Shown piece after piece: positions 44,064 to 64,000 of a stretch of DNA of 64,000 nucleotides; within the stretch, counting starts at the first letter, position 1, and every line of letters starts with the position of its first letter. The DNA lies in the NCBI RefSeq assembly GCF_009914755.1, contig NC_060947.1; one strand, given 5' to 3'. This stretch comes from the human T2T-CHM13v2.0 reference genome, Homo sapiens. Below the pieces are notes generated by a model. That model did no database searches. It was not told where the DNA came from and was given only the letters and a program-made list of their open reading frames with translations. The translations under genes and the position numbers were made by a program.

Positions 44064-44371
44064 CAGTCATCTGCCATGTAACAATATTTTGGTCAATGAT
44101 GGTAAGGTTGGTTCCGTAAGATTATAATACCATATTTTTACTGTACCTTTTCTATGTTTAGATATGTTTAGACACAAATATTTACCACTGTGTTACATTG
44201 GTCTGTTGTATTCAGTACAGTAACATGCTGTGCCAGATTTGTAGCCTAGGTGTGTAGTAGGATATACCATCTAGGTTTGTGTAAGTATACTCTATTGTGT
44301 TTGCAGAGGGATGAAATTGCCTAATGTTGCATTTATCAGGATATATCCTGGTCTTAAGGGATGCATGACTG
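44064..44371 (+). mobile_element. Tigger3a/MER7-type MITE
   Basis: TA-flanked TIRs cagtcat...atgactg with the internal gcctaggtgtgtagtagg..ataccatctaggtttgtgtaagt signature. Confidence 0.85.
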
Positions 44372-46127
44372 TACGTGGTTTCGAATTGTAGCTTGAGGAT
44401 TTTTTTGTAGTTCTTTTATTTTTGTCCCTAAGGTATTTTCCACTGGGAGTATTTGGTTAAATTGCTGTTTTAAAGTTCTTTGAAATAATTGTTCTATGTC
44501 TGGTTACGTTATCAGCTGGCTACATAGTAAGGTTTGTTTGTTTCATTTTGCTTTTGGCTTTATAAAGATTGCTTTTTTAACTTCATAAAGATTGCTTTAT
44601 TTATAGTGTAACATTTAAAATACATATATGATTGTGAAATATTTACATTGTTCCAGAACCAAATCTACCATCATATTCCCTCCTCAACCATTTAAAAACA
44701 AGTTTATGACTTTTTGTTTTAAAAATTAAAGGCAAATATATATATGCACACTTGTGCCTGTATATGTGGCTATAATTTTTTTTCCATTCTCTTTTACTTT
44801 GCTCAGGTAGTACAGTAGCTAATGCTTCTTGGGTTTGGTCTCTACAGACAATCATTCTTTGTACTCCTCTCAGTGATAGATTTTTACTCAAAAATCTTCT
44901 CAAAGAAAAGTAAAATTTGATGTCCCTCAACATTTGGGCCTCCATATAACTTTTAAACCCCATCCTCAATACTTCTCCTCCATCTTTTCTTTTTCTTTTT
45001 GGACACAGTCTTTCTCTGTAGCTCAGGCTGGAGTGCAGTGGTGCGGTCATGGCTGACTGCAGCCACACTCTCCCCGGATTAAGCTATCTTCCTGCCTCAG
45101 CCTCCTGAGTAGCTGAGACTACAGGCATGTACCACGCCTGGCTAATTTTTTTTAAATGTTTAGTAAAAATGAGGTCTCAGTGTGTTGCCCAAGGTGGTCT
45201 TGAACTCCTGAGCTCAAGTGATGCTCCCACCTCAGCCTCCCAAATTGCTGAGATTACAGGTGTGAGATACCGTGTATGGCCCTCCATCTTTTCTTCTTAT
45301 TTTTATTTCAAGACCCTTAAATGGCTTCCTTTCTCTTTTTATGAAGCTTTCCCTTAATCGTTTAGAGGTAGAACCAATTCCTCTTTGTGCTTCCAGAATA
45401 AAAAAAAAAATTCATTCATCTTTTCTTTTTTAATTTTATTTTTAAATATTGTGTGTGTATATATATATGTAGAGAGAGAGACTGTATGTGTATGTGTGTG
45501 TATGTGTGTGTATATAGAGAGAGAGAGCGAGAGAGAGAGAGATGGGGTTTCGCCATGTTGCTCAGGCTGGTCTTCAACTCCTGTCCTCAAGTGAGCCCAC
45601 CTCGGCCTCCCAGTGTTGGGATTATCGGCGTGAGCCACTGTGGTGCTGGGCCCATCTTTTCTTGTTAGGAGCAGCATTATTGATACATAATTTGCATAAA
45701 GTGTACAGTTCTAGTTTTACTTTTTAACTTCTCTTTCCACTTCCCATTCTTTAGCGCTTTCTTCTCTTATTTATCATCACATTTCACATTGCCAGTGCTG
45801 ACATTTCTTCATTTTTCTATTTTAGACATTTTCCTACTATGGAAGGTAACCTTTCCCCCCCACTCTCTTCTCCATTTGCCCCTGCATTTCCCTTCTTGTC
45901 CATAGTGTTGTATCTTTGTGTTAAGTCAACATTTAGATTATTAAAACTACATAAATAAGTGCTGTTCACTATGGTTACTTTTCCTTTCCGTGTACTTTTT
46001 TTGAGGCATTAGTTGGCTTTTTGTTACTGTTTTAATTTTCTGTGTTTTCTCTCATATGTATGTAAGCCCCAATATGGTCAGACACATCAGGTAATTTATC
46101 AGTTCCTTTTTTTGTTGTTGTTGTTGA

Positions 46128-46328
<201 letters not shown>

Positions 46329-46444
46329 TGAGACAGCGTCTTGTTCTGTCGCCCAGGCTGGAGTGCAGTGGCGCGATCCTGGCTCACTGCAACCTTCACT
46401 TCCCGTGTTCTCAAGTGATTCTCCTGTCTCAGCTTCTAGAGTAG

Positions 46445-46603
<159 letters not shown>

Positions 46604-47097
46604 TAAATTACCTGTATCCTTCAAAGGTGACTGTTGTTGTATAGGTCACTGGGCCTGTTGGACAGCTGGCATTCTGGGACTTTCACTCATCCTGGGGCTG
46701 CAAGAAGCATAAGCCTGGCAGCTAGTGTTTTGATAGCCAAACTGTGGAAGTGGACTTGGGCCATTCTGCACCCTGACCTGTGCTCAGTGTGTCTGTTTTA
46801 ATTTAACATCTCTGTTGAGTTAAATGTTTAATTTTTTATTGGGGTAGGGGAAAAAGTAATAGAGGAGGGACAGTTCCCTGGTAGTGTTTTCTGGAGGAGT
46901 AGGTCTAGAGGACTAATTAGTTCTTATTCAGTTTTTTTCATTAGTCTTCAGTTCCTGCCATCATTTCTTTCCAGGATTCTGCTGCTTGAAAGGGCTTTTG
47001 TCTTGGTAGCTGAAATCTAAGACACTTGGCATTTCATGTACTTTTTGTGTTTCATAATTTATGGACCTGCTTTGTCTGTTGTTGTCTTCTCTCCCTT

Positions 47098-47640
47098 TCT
47101 GGTCTGGTTATCTTGTTGCATAACAAACCACCACCAATGCCACCATTTTATGATGTTCACAGGATTTGTGGGTCAGGAATTTGGAAAGGGTACAGCAGGG
47201 ATATCTTCTTTTTGCTGTACGTGTTTGGGGCCTCAGTTGTGATGACTCATGGCAGAGAGAGACTGAAGGATGGCTTCATCACATGTGTGGCACCTTGGCA
47301 AGGATGTGTAGAAGGGTGGGCTCAGCTGTGTTGTCAACCCAAGGGCCTGTATATGGCCTTCCCAGCGTGGCTCGTTTAAGGTAGTTATATAGAAGCTCAG
47401 GGATCCAAGAGTGAGTGTGTAAGAGGACCAAGTAGAAAGCTGCATGTCCTTTTAAGTGACCTGTCGTCAGAAGTCACACAGTGTCATTTTTGCCCTAACC
47501 TGTTGGTCAAAGCCTACCCAGATTTTAGGAGAGGGGACAGAAACCCCATCTCTTGATGTGGAAGAGGCAAGGCCACACTGCAGATAAGGATGTGACATGG
47601 GGGATATTGTGGCCATTTTTAGGAAGTATTGGCTGTACTT
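47098..47640 (-). mobile_element. Old MLT1 (G/H-like) MaLR LTR
   Basis: gcataacaaacca..., gtgggtcaggaattt, cagaagtcacacagtgtca and ccatctcttgatg are MLT1 signatures. Confidence 0.7.
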
Positions 47641-49035
47641 CTAGGGTTGCTGTCTTTTAATTCCTTCACTTTCTTTTCAGAGATGTTGGAAGGGAACAGA
47701 GATAACTCCATTTTCAAATTGTCATGTTTAACCAGAAGTCCTTTGCGTGATGATTTTTGTTTTTAAGGAAACTTGTTGAAGTGTAACATGAACCCATTTG
47801 AGTTCACATATCACAAGTGTGCCATTCAGTGAATTATCACATAGTAAACACATTTGGTAAATGCTACCTCAAATCAGGAAGTGGAACAGTAGTAGCAATT
47901 TGAAGCATCTCTTGCCCCTTCATAGTTAATACCTTTATCTTCCTCCTCAAGGGTAACCATTACACCGACTTCTATCATCATAGATTAATTTTGTTTATTT
48001 TAGAATTTTATATAATGGAACCGTATAATAGGTACCCTTGTGTTTGGCTGCATTTGCTCAACAACACATTTGAGATTCATCCTTCTTATTCATCCTTGAG
48101 TTTGCAAAAACAGAAACATCATTTGTTTTTATTGCTGAATAGTATTCCGGCGTTCAAATACATGAATTTATCCCTTTTGCTGTTGATGTCTCCTATAGTG
48201 GTTAAAGGTCTCTGGATCTTCACTCTTATTTGTATTGTTTACTTGCATGGTGGGCACTTTAATAACTTTCATTTAATAGCTTATCTTTGACTTTGCTGCC
48301 ACCCTTCACCCCCCCACCCAAATGATTATATTTTGATCATGTCTTCTATACTATATGGAGGACCTTTATTTACCATTCTCTGTTTTGAAATGTATAGTCA
48401 CCTATAGATAACTATACATTTCAAAATACTAATACCGTAGAGTATTAGTCATCTATACATTTCTGTAATGTACTGTGAAATAAGAAGTAGGACAAAAAGG
48501 AAAGGTCTTTAAGTCAAAATGTATCTCACAGTCCAGTTACTGAGTTTATTTTTATTTCAGATGCTAGTCTAATAAAGATGGCTGCTTATTTGGTTTCCTT
48601 TCCCGTAGAAGATTAGAACATGTGGATTAGGAGAGAAGTTGTTGCATGCTAGTATACTGATGTCAAGTAGTGTAGTAGTGAAAAAAATTAGGTGACTGTG
48701 TGAAAAGAATAAAGGAGATAAAAGCATAGCACTTTGTGGCTGTTTAGGATCAATTCTTAATGGTCTTGTTTTTATTAAAATAACACAGTATAATAACCTT
48801 TTTTTCTTAATGATTATTTCGTTAAATTACACTTAATTTAACTGAAGAAATGGTTCAGTTGTGTTTTCTATACTCTGTTTAAGAAGACGAGGAAATCTTC
48901 AGGAGGTCATATTTGTGATGGCTTGAAGTAGCTATAATGGAAGCTTTCAGTCATCTTTGTCTTCCTAATTAGAATGTCTCATTCTCTAATATAGGAATGA
49001 AGGTTACTCTTATTTTTTTCATAAACTTTTTTTGA

Positions 49036-49143
<108 letters not shown>

Positions 49144-49291
49144 TAGCTGGGACTCACAGCCGTATGACACCATGCCCGGCTAATTTTTTTGTATTTTTAG
49201 TAGAGGCGGAGTTTTGTCATGTTGGCCAGGCTGGTCTGGAACTCCTGACCTCAAATGATCTGCCCGATTTGGCCTCATTTTTTTAATAAAC

Positions 49292-50904
49292 TTTTTTTTT
49301 TCTTTAGCTTATTTATTTTTGCAAGTAGCTTCATTTTTTTTTTTTTTTAATTGTTCATTCTTGGGTGTTTCTCGCAGAGGGGGATTTGGCAGGGTCATAG
49401 GACAGTAGTGGAGGGAAGGTCAGCAGATAAACAAGTGAGCAAAGGTCTCTGGTTTTCCTAGGCAGAGGACCCTGGGGCCTTCCACAGTGTTTGTGTCCCT
49501 GGGTATTTGAGATTAGGGAGTGGTGATGACTCTTAACGAGCATGCTGCCTTCAAGCATCTGTTTAACAAAGCACATCTTGCACCGACCTTAATCCATTTA
49601 ACCCTGAGTGGACACAGCACATGTTTCAGAGAGCACCGGGTTGGGGGTAAGGTCATAGATCAACAGCATCCCAAGGCAGAAGAATTTTTCTTAGTACAGA
49701 ACAAAATGGAGTCTCCTATGTCTACTTCTTTGTACACAGACACAGCAACAATCTGATTTTTCCATCCTTTCCCCACATTTACCCCTTTTCTATTCGACAA
49801 AACCGCCATCGTCATCATGGCCCGTTCTCAATGAGCTGTTGGGTACACCTCCCAGACGGGGTGGCGGCCGGGCAGAGGGGCTCCTCACTTCCCAGAAGGG
49901 GCAGCTGGGCAGAGGCGCCCCCACCTCCCGGACGGGGCGGCTGGCCGGGCGGGGGCTGGCCCCCACCTCCCTCCCGGACGGGGCGGCTGGCCGGGCGGGG
50001 GCTGCCCCCCACCTCCCGGACGGGGTGGCTGCCGGGCGGAGACACTCCTCACTTCCCGGACGGGGCGGCTGCCGGGCGGAGGGGCTCCTCACTTCTCAGA
50101 TGGGGTGGCTGCTGGGCGGAGGGGCTCCTCACTTCTCAGACGGGGCGGCTGCCGGGCGGAGGGACTCCTCACTTCTCAGACGGGGTGGCCGGGCAGAGAC
50201 GCTCCTCACCTCCCAGACAGGGTCGCGGCCGGGCAGAGGCGCTCCTCACATCCCAGACGGGGCGGCAGGGCAGAGACGCTCCCCACATCTCAGACGATGG
50301 GCGGCCAGGCAGAGACGCTCCTCACTTCCTGGACGGGATGGCGGCCGGGAAGAGGCGCTCCTGACTTCCCAGACTGGGCAGCCGGGCAGAGGGGCTCTTC
50401 ACATCCCAGACGATGGGCGGCCAGGGAGAGACGCTCCTCACTTCCCAGATGGGGTGGCGGCTGGGCAGAGGCTGCAATCTCGGCACTTTGGGAGGCCAAG
50501 GCAGGCGGCTGGGAGGTGGAGGTTGTAGCGAGCCGAGATCACGCCACTGCACTCCAGCCTGGGCAACATTGAGCACTGAGTGAACGAGACTCCGTCTGCA
50601 ATACCGGCACCTCGGGAGGCCGAGGCTGGCAGGTCACTCCGGGTTAGGAGCTGGAGACCAGCCCGGCCAACACAGCGAAACCCCGTCTCTACCAAAAAAA
50701 TATGAAAACCAGTCAGGCGTGGCGGCGCGCGCCTGCAATCGCAGGCGCTTGGCAGGTTGAGGCAGGAGAATCAGGCAGGGAGGTTGCAGTGAGTAGAGAT
50801 GGTGGCAATACAGTCCAGCTTTGGCTCAGCATCAGAGGGAGATCGTGGAAAGGAGGGAGAGGGAGAGAGGGGGAGAGGGGGAGAGGGGGAGGGAGAGGGA
50901 GAGG
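49292..50904 (-). mobile_element. Full-length SVA retrotransposon (older A/B/C-type, most like SVA_B) with a short 3' transduction
   Basis: On the minus strand: CCCTCT hexamers (~50850-50904), Alu-like domain (~50470-50840), GC-rich VNTR (~49845-50470), SINE-R (~49350-49840), poly(A), 32 unique bases, second poly(A). Flanked by ataaacttt on both sides. Confidence 0.95.
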
Positions 50905-51843
50905 TTATAAACTTTTTTTTTGTTTGTTTGTTTTTTGAGACGAAGCCTTGCTCTCGTTGCCCAGGCTGGAGTGCAATGGCGAGATCTTGGCTCACTGCAA
51001 CCTTCGCCTCCCAGGTTGAAGTGATTCTGCTGCCTCAGCCTCCCGAGTAGCTGGGACTACAGGCCATGCCACCATGCCCAGTCAGTTTTTTTGTATTTTT
51101 AGTAGAGACGGGTTTCTCCATGTTGGTCAGGCTGGTCTCGAACTCTCGACCTCAGGTGATCTGCCCACCTCGGCCTCCCAAAGTGCTGGAACTACAGGCA
51201 TGAGCCACTGTTCCTGGCCTTTTCATAAACTTTTAAACAGTGTTTATTAGAATTTTCTTTTCCAATCATGACAGTGGGAAGAAATGCATTTTACATCATG
51301 ATCCACTACACAACACACGTATGTTTTATAGTTGGAAATCCTTTTTCCATAAAACACTACTTGGGAAAAACAGTGCTTCAGAGTGCCAAGGTAATCTCTG
51401 TTCATTTGGATTATCATGAATTGCATATCATTGGAATCTAAATTAATGACCTACTGAACAGAGAGGGTTGAGCAAGACATTTGTGGAAAGGACTGTTGAG
51501 AAGAATATTTATATTAGGTCCAAAGGCCCTCAGTGAACCTGAGAGAGAATCAGCTTATTTTCCTTTTAAAATAGGTACTAAAATTTCAGAGCAGTTGTCT
51601 TTCCTAATAGCTTCGTCTACTTCTGATTGTCACACACTCTCTCTGCACTCCTGCATATTGATTATTATATTGTAACATTTTTACCATCTACCTGGAGGTG
51701 AATTAATACATGATTGTGCTAAGAATAAATATACCATGTGTTATACTCAAAGTTTGCAATGTTATCTGCCCTCATTGCTTTTAAGTAAGCCTTTTAATGC
51801 TCTAGGCCTTACTTTCCTCATCTGTAAAATAAGGATAATAGTA

Positions 51844-53124
<1,281 letters not shown>

Positions 53125-54347
53125 TACTTACCTCATAGGTTTCTGTGAATTAAATGAGCTAAGGCATGTAAAGTGCACCGTACTTAGCAGTGAGTAAATG
53201 TTGTTAATAATTAACAATTCTGATAATCTACTTGGTGAACAAGAATAGGATATGTTAGAATGATGTCTCATATATGTTAATGCAGAAGTTTTTTATGTCT
53301 CAGATAAGTTTTTTAGGTAGATAAAGGAAATGAAGGAAATGATTCCAGGAAGAGCACTGTGTCAGGAGTGAATCATAAGAAAGATGTTACTATTAGGTTG
53401 TGGATTCTAGGTATTCTTTGGGATGTTTCTTTTTCATATGTTCCCTGACCCTATCCCTAGACTTTGCCACTTACCAGCTGTGAGACTGTGGATAGGCTAA
53501 ACTACTCATCAAAGTACCAGTTTTTGTAAGTTATTTACTTTTGGAAAAGAACCAGATGTAATTCAAAGTTTTCTCTGTAATACCACCCTTCTTATTTACA
53601 TCTAGTATACTTTCTTGAGTGGTTGGACAAAGTGGGTGGCATTAGCAAAGCTAGCTTGGAACTGAGCATAATACTGGATACTCTTGTGAGAGTATGTCTG
53701 AAGTGAGAGCATTCTGTGGCCAAAAAGTCATACAGCCACTGTCTTACACTATTTTCTTGGGTTAATTTTTGACCCATAGTGGTAAACCTAGTTATGAGTC
53801 TGTCCTGCTACATTTACATTCTGTGTTGATAGAAACATTTGGAGCTGGCTAGGCTTTTCTAGAATCTAGACAACTGCTTTAGTCAGTTGTACATTGTGGA
53901 TGTTTCCTAAGCATTGACCCTAGCTCCAAGGTTTTTTTCTTGCCATTAGTCATCTGCTTAGTATGAAAATTCTGTGAGCGGTGATAATACGGTGAATATG
54001 TAGAAAAATGGCTATTTATTTTAACCTTTTTTAATGTTGCTGGTCATAAGTTTATGTTGCTACTTCTTTTTAAATGAACAAGAACAGAAAGGGCACAAAC
54101 TTTAGTTTTGGAAAATGTAGGTATTGTAGCTAAAAATGACATCCCTCTGTTCCAATGCTGGAAAAAGTGACATTTCTCCTTTTCTGAGACCTAGCCCAAT
54201 TTATTGCTTGTGTTCATCACCCTCTGGTATTGTACACCAGTGGCTGGCCTTGGATCTGTATTCTCCCTGTTGGAGATAAGAAATATCTGCTGTCATGAAA
54301 AAACCTTTTATCGTAGAAGAGCGGTATAGCTAATCTGCTTTGTAATA

Positions 54348-55045
54348 GAGTAGTGTACGCTCTTATCCACGGTTTCACTTTGTGTGGTTTCAGTTGACCT
54401 GTGGTTAACTGCAGTCAGAAAATATTAAATGGAAAGTTCCAGAAACTCCTAAGTTTTAGATTGCACCCTTTTCCGAGTAGCATGATGAAATCTCGCACTG
54501 TCCTGCCTAGGAGGTGAATTATCCCTTTGTCCAGCTTATCTACACTGTTTACACTGCCCACTGTTAGTCCACTTAGTAGCCGTCTGAGTTATCAGATTGA
54601 CCGTGGTGGTATCAAAGTGCTTGTGTTCAAGTAACCCTTATTTGACTTGATAATGACCCCAAAACACAAGAGAAGTGATGCTGTCAATTTGGATATGACA
54701 AAGATAAGCCATGAAGTGCTTCCTTTTAATGAACAGGAGAAAGTACTTAATAAGGAAAGAAAAAAATCATATACTGAAGTTCATCACAAGAAGAACGGTG
54801 AGTACAGTGCAATACAATATTTAGAGAGAAAGACCACATTGACATAACTTTTATCGTAATTTATTGTTATAATCGTTCTATTTTATTAGTTATTGTTAAT
54901 CTATTGTGCCTAGTTTATAAGTTAAATGTTATAGGCATGTATGTATAGGAAAAAACATAATATATATAGGGTTCTGTACTATCTAAGGCTTTAGGCATTC
55001 ACTGGGGTCTTGGAACATTTCCTCTGTGAATAAGGGGGACTACTG
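54348..55045 (+). mobile_element. MER44 (Tigger7-derived) DNA transposon
   Basis: TA-flanked ends gagtagtgtacgctcttatccacgg...gaataagggggactactg with the MER44 internal signature gtgttcaagtaacccttattt. Confidence 0.85.
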
Positions 55046-55879
55046 TATTTTTTGATGCCCTTTTTCCCATAAAGGACTGGGGCATCTTTCATAAACATAT
55101 ACTTAATGTTCATTGTTGACCAAGCAGGCTAGAAATAGTAAGTAGTCTTCTGTGGGGAGGAATACTTGTGCCCTTATGACTATATTCTGTCAAAAGGATA
55201 GATTTCATAGTAATGTTTGAGGGAAGAAAGAAAGGAAGGAAGGAAAGAAGGATCTGTAGCAATTTACTTATCAACACTGAACTTTTTGAATTAAATTTTC
55301 CCCCTATGCTTTGGCTGCCTTTACTGTTTAAAAGAGGAAAGAATGAGAAAGTTAAAGAAAAATGCAACTTTTTTCTTGCTAATGTGTGTTTCCTTAGACT
55401 GCCCATCCCTCACTGCTATATACTTTAGTAGTATACCATATTTTCTCTGTAGTGTCATGCATTTTTCTATTTTTTAAAAAATTATTTTTTTTATTTAGAG
55501 ACCGGGTCTCACTGTCACCTAGGCTGGAGTGCAGTGGCGTGATCATGGCTCACTGCAGGCTCGACCTCCTAGGCTCAAGCAATCCTCCCACCTCAGCCTT
55601 CCTAGTAGCTGAGACTACAGGTGCACACTACAACACCTGACTAATTTTAAAATTTTTTGTAGGGACAGGGTCCCACTGTGTTGCCCAGGCTGATCTTGAA
55701 CTCTTGGGCACAAGCGATCCTCCTGCCTCAGCCTCCCCAAAGTGTTGGGATTACAGGCTCATGAGCTATGGTGCCCAGCCCATCTTACCATTTTAAAATT
55801 TTGTCTTTCCTGCATGATTGCTATTTCTGTGATGACACGGTCTGTCTATATACTCACTTTTTTTTTTTTTTTAATTTAA

Positions 55880-56095
<216 letters not shown>

Positions 56096-56489
56096 TGATC
56101 TGCCTGCCTTGGCCTCCCAAAGTGCTGGGATTACAAGGGTGAGCCACGGAGCCCAGCCATATTTTCTTGATCATATTTGTGATAGCACAGTAGAATTGTC
56201 TCTTTAAGTGTCCCCACCCCTCAACACACACATACCTTGAGAGAGCATGAATCTTTTATCCCTTTATTTCCTCAGTTTGTTGTAATAACAGATGTGTTAT
56301 ATCTGTGTAGTAAATGTTCAAACGTAGGTTAAATTCTTTTTCATTTAAAAATGATGACAAGATTGTTACATTTTGGTCTTTTTCTGATGTGAGCTGTTTA
56401 TATGAGTTGACCTTTTCTGTCCAGAAGGAATAGAAAACATACTGGCAATGTGGGTAGGTTTTATTCCTCCTGCGCTTCCTTATATGAGA

Positions 56490-56615
56490 TAGGCAGAAGA
56501 AATAGTATAGTATTCTTATTTTACATATGAGGAAACAAAGGTTCAGAGTGTTTTAAGTGGCTTTACTAAGATCTCACAGTTACCAGATGGTGGAGCTGGA
56601 ACTTAAACCAAGGTT
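56490..56615 (-). mobile_element. MIR
   Basis: attttacatatgaggaaacaaaggttcagag...aagatctcacagt...tggtggagctggaacttaaacc. Confidence 0.75.
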
Positions 56616-57879
56616 TGTTAAGTTTTATTTTTAATCTGAGTTTTAAGGCTGTTATTGGGGTTTTATTTTTAATCTGAGTTTTAAAGCTTTTAGTTTAGTT
56701 AATAATGTCTAGTTAAGCAAAAGTATCGCATTCTTGCAATTCTTAAAATTAAGTTTGTCTTTAAAATTACATGTAAAGTTACATTTAAAGTTAAAGATAT
56801 TAAAGTGTGAAACCTAAAGCACAACTGGACATATTCTTGAGTGAATGTAATGGCTTTTCTTTGTGACTTTACAGTGTCTTATACCAAGGGAAAGGTAATG
56901 GTAAAAAGATTTCTTCCAGAAACTGTGTTGGCTTGTTCAAACATCTCTGAATAAATTCCTTATGTGTATTTTTTCTACTACTAGAAAACAGATTTATAAA
57001 TGTAATTTATAAATTAAATATAAACTGAACTAAACCCAGTACAAAAATTGAAAGTAACATTAATATGATGGGGATGATATTTTGTCATAATAAATCACTT
57101 GATTAATGTTAGAATTATGACAGCTCAAGTTTCTTTTGGCATGCCTTTACTACTGTGTGCTACTTCATTCACCTATAGATTTTTTTCCATTATAACTTGT
57201 ATGAAACTCTTCTATTTTGCATATTATCTCTTTTGGGGAATGAACAATTTGCTACTAAAAGTGGCTTTGCTTGGCATCAGTATGGTTGTGAAGGTAAATA
57301 TGGGTGTTAGCATTGCTTGTCAGTATTTTGATATAGGGTTATCAAAATATGAGAAGAATAAGAATGCTTTATCAGGCATTTCTAAATGATAGAAATTTAA
57401 AAATTAAAAATTTTTCCATAGTGAAAATTCTAGGAGAATACATGTGGACTCCAGTTTGAAAGACACTGCTTTATATAAGTGAAATCTCATTTTGATTCTA
57501 TTAGTATAACAATACAGTTTTTGTGTGGTTGAAGAATTATCAGTTTGAACTAATAAACTAGAATAATTTGTAAGGAAATACAGTTGAAAGGTATCTCAGA
57601 TTCCTGATTTAGCCATTAAATGTTATTTGCATATTAGGAAACAGGCTGTATATTTAGGTGAAAGTGGGAGAGGAAATGGCAGTTTACATGCTTACATTTT
57701 TCATGTTTACAAGTTTTACATGTTTACAAGTTTACAGTTTGCATGTGTGATTCATGATCTTTGCCATGATGTAACTCTTAAAAATGTCAAAGAGGTACGT
57801 CATAAACAGTAGAAATAAATATTCTGACAGATCATAAAAAGGGAGGGAGGATTGAAGTTTTCCTAGGTGTAGTATAATT

Positions 57880-63460
<5,581 letters not shown>

Positions 63461-63485
63461 TCCAGTGTTTGTTTTAGGTGGTCCT

Positions 63486-63486
<1 letters not shown>

Positions 63487-63533
<47 letters not shown>
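63487..63533. repeat. (TG)n microsatellite
   Basis: Direct reading; a pure TG run of over 20 units. Confidence 0.95.
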
Positions 63534-63534
<1 letters not shown>

Positions 63535-64000
63535 TATGTATTTATTTATTTATTGAAACAGGGTCTTGCCCTGTTGGCTGGAGTGCAGTGGCACGATCAT
63601 GTCTCATTATAGCCTTTACCTTCCAAGCTCAAGCTGTGCTCCCACTTTGGCCTCCCAAATAGCTGGGACCACAGGTGTGTACCACCACGCCTGGCTAATT
63701 TTTAAATTTTTTGTAGCTATGGAGTCTCCCTATGTTGTCCAGGCTGATCTTGAACTCTTGACCTCAAGCGATCCTCCTGCCTTGGCCTCCCAAAGTGTTA
63801 GGATTACAGGCGTGAGCCACTGTGTCCAGCCAATAGTTTATTTTAAGAAAATTTTTAAATTTTTATGGGTACATAGTAGGTGTATATATGAGATACATTA
63901 GATATTTTGATACAGGCCTACAATGTGTAATCGTATCCGGGTTCTAGGGTAATTTCTTTACCTCCATGTACTCATTTATTTGATGATTCAAGAGGGAGCC

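Noticed and set aside
49790-51050. Multiple 100-230 aa ORFs with repeated GLLTSQTG-like units, and an array that could be mistaken for CRISPR
   Set aside because: SVA VNTR and Alu-like domain: contiguous tandem units without unique spacers, no cas genes, eukaryotic context.

Overview
Hominid DNA, most likely human Xp11.3: the protein start matches human KDM6A as I recall it, and the window carries an SVA and AluY-like elements. The window holds the 5' end of KDM6A (UTX, H3K27 demethylase) on the + strand. It includes a CpG-island promoter (~11.1-13.1 kb), coding exon 1 (ATG 12373 to 12533), a 211-bp intron 1, exon 2 (12745-12808) and then ~51 kb of intron 2 with no exon 3 seen. The rest is transposon-derived: ~57 Alus, several old antisense L1M elements, a near-full-length Cheshire-type hAT fossil, Tigger/MER MITEs, ERV1/ERVL/MaLR solo LTRs, one SVA and a truncated U6 retrocopy. 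Nearly all ORFs in the supplied track are Alu, L1, SVA, microsatellite or GC-shadow artefacts. I cannot support a genuinely new biological system. The best leads are: (1) a translational-control layout in exon 1 (AUG-UGA start-stop, weak main AUG, overlapping basic out-of-frame ORF, strong in-frame Met25); (2) a sense-oriented LTR10 with an in-register p53 half-site array beside a palindrome; (3) an SVA with a short 3' transduction at a target site used three times; (4) clustered YY1 motifs in this X-inactivation-escape gene. Repeat subfamily names come from remembered consensus sequences, and repeat boundaries are approximate.
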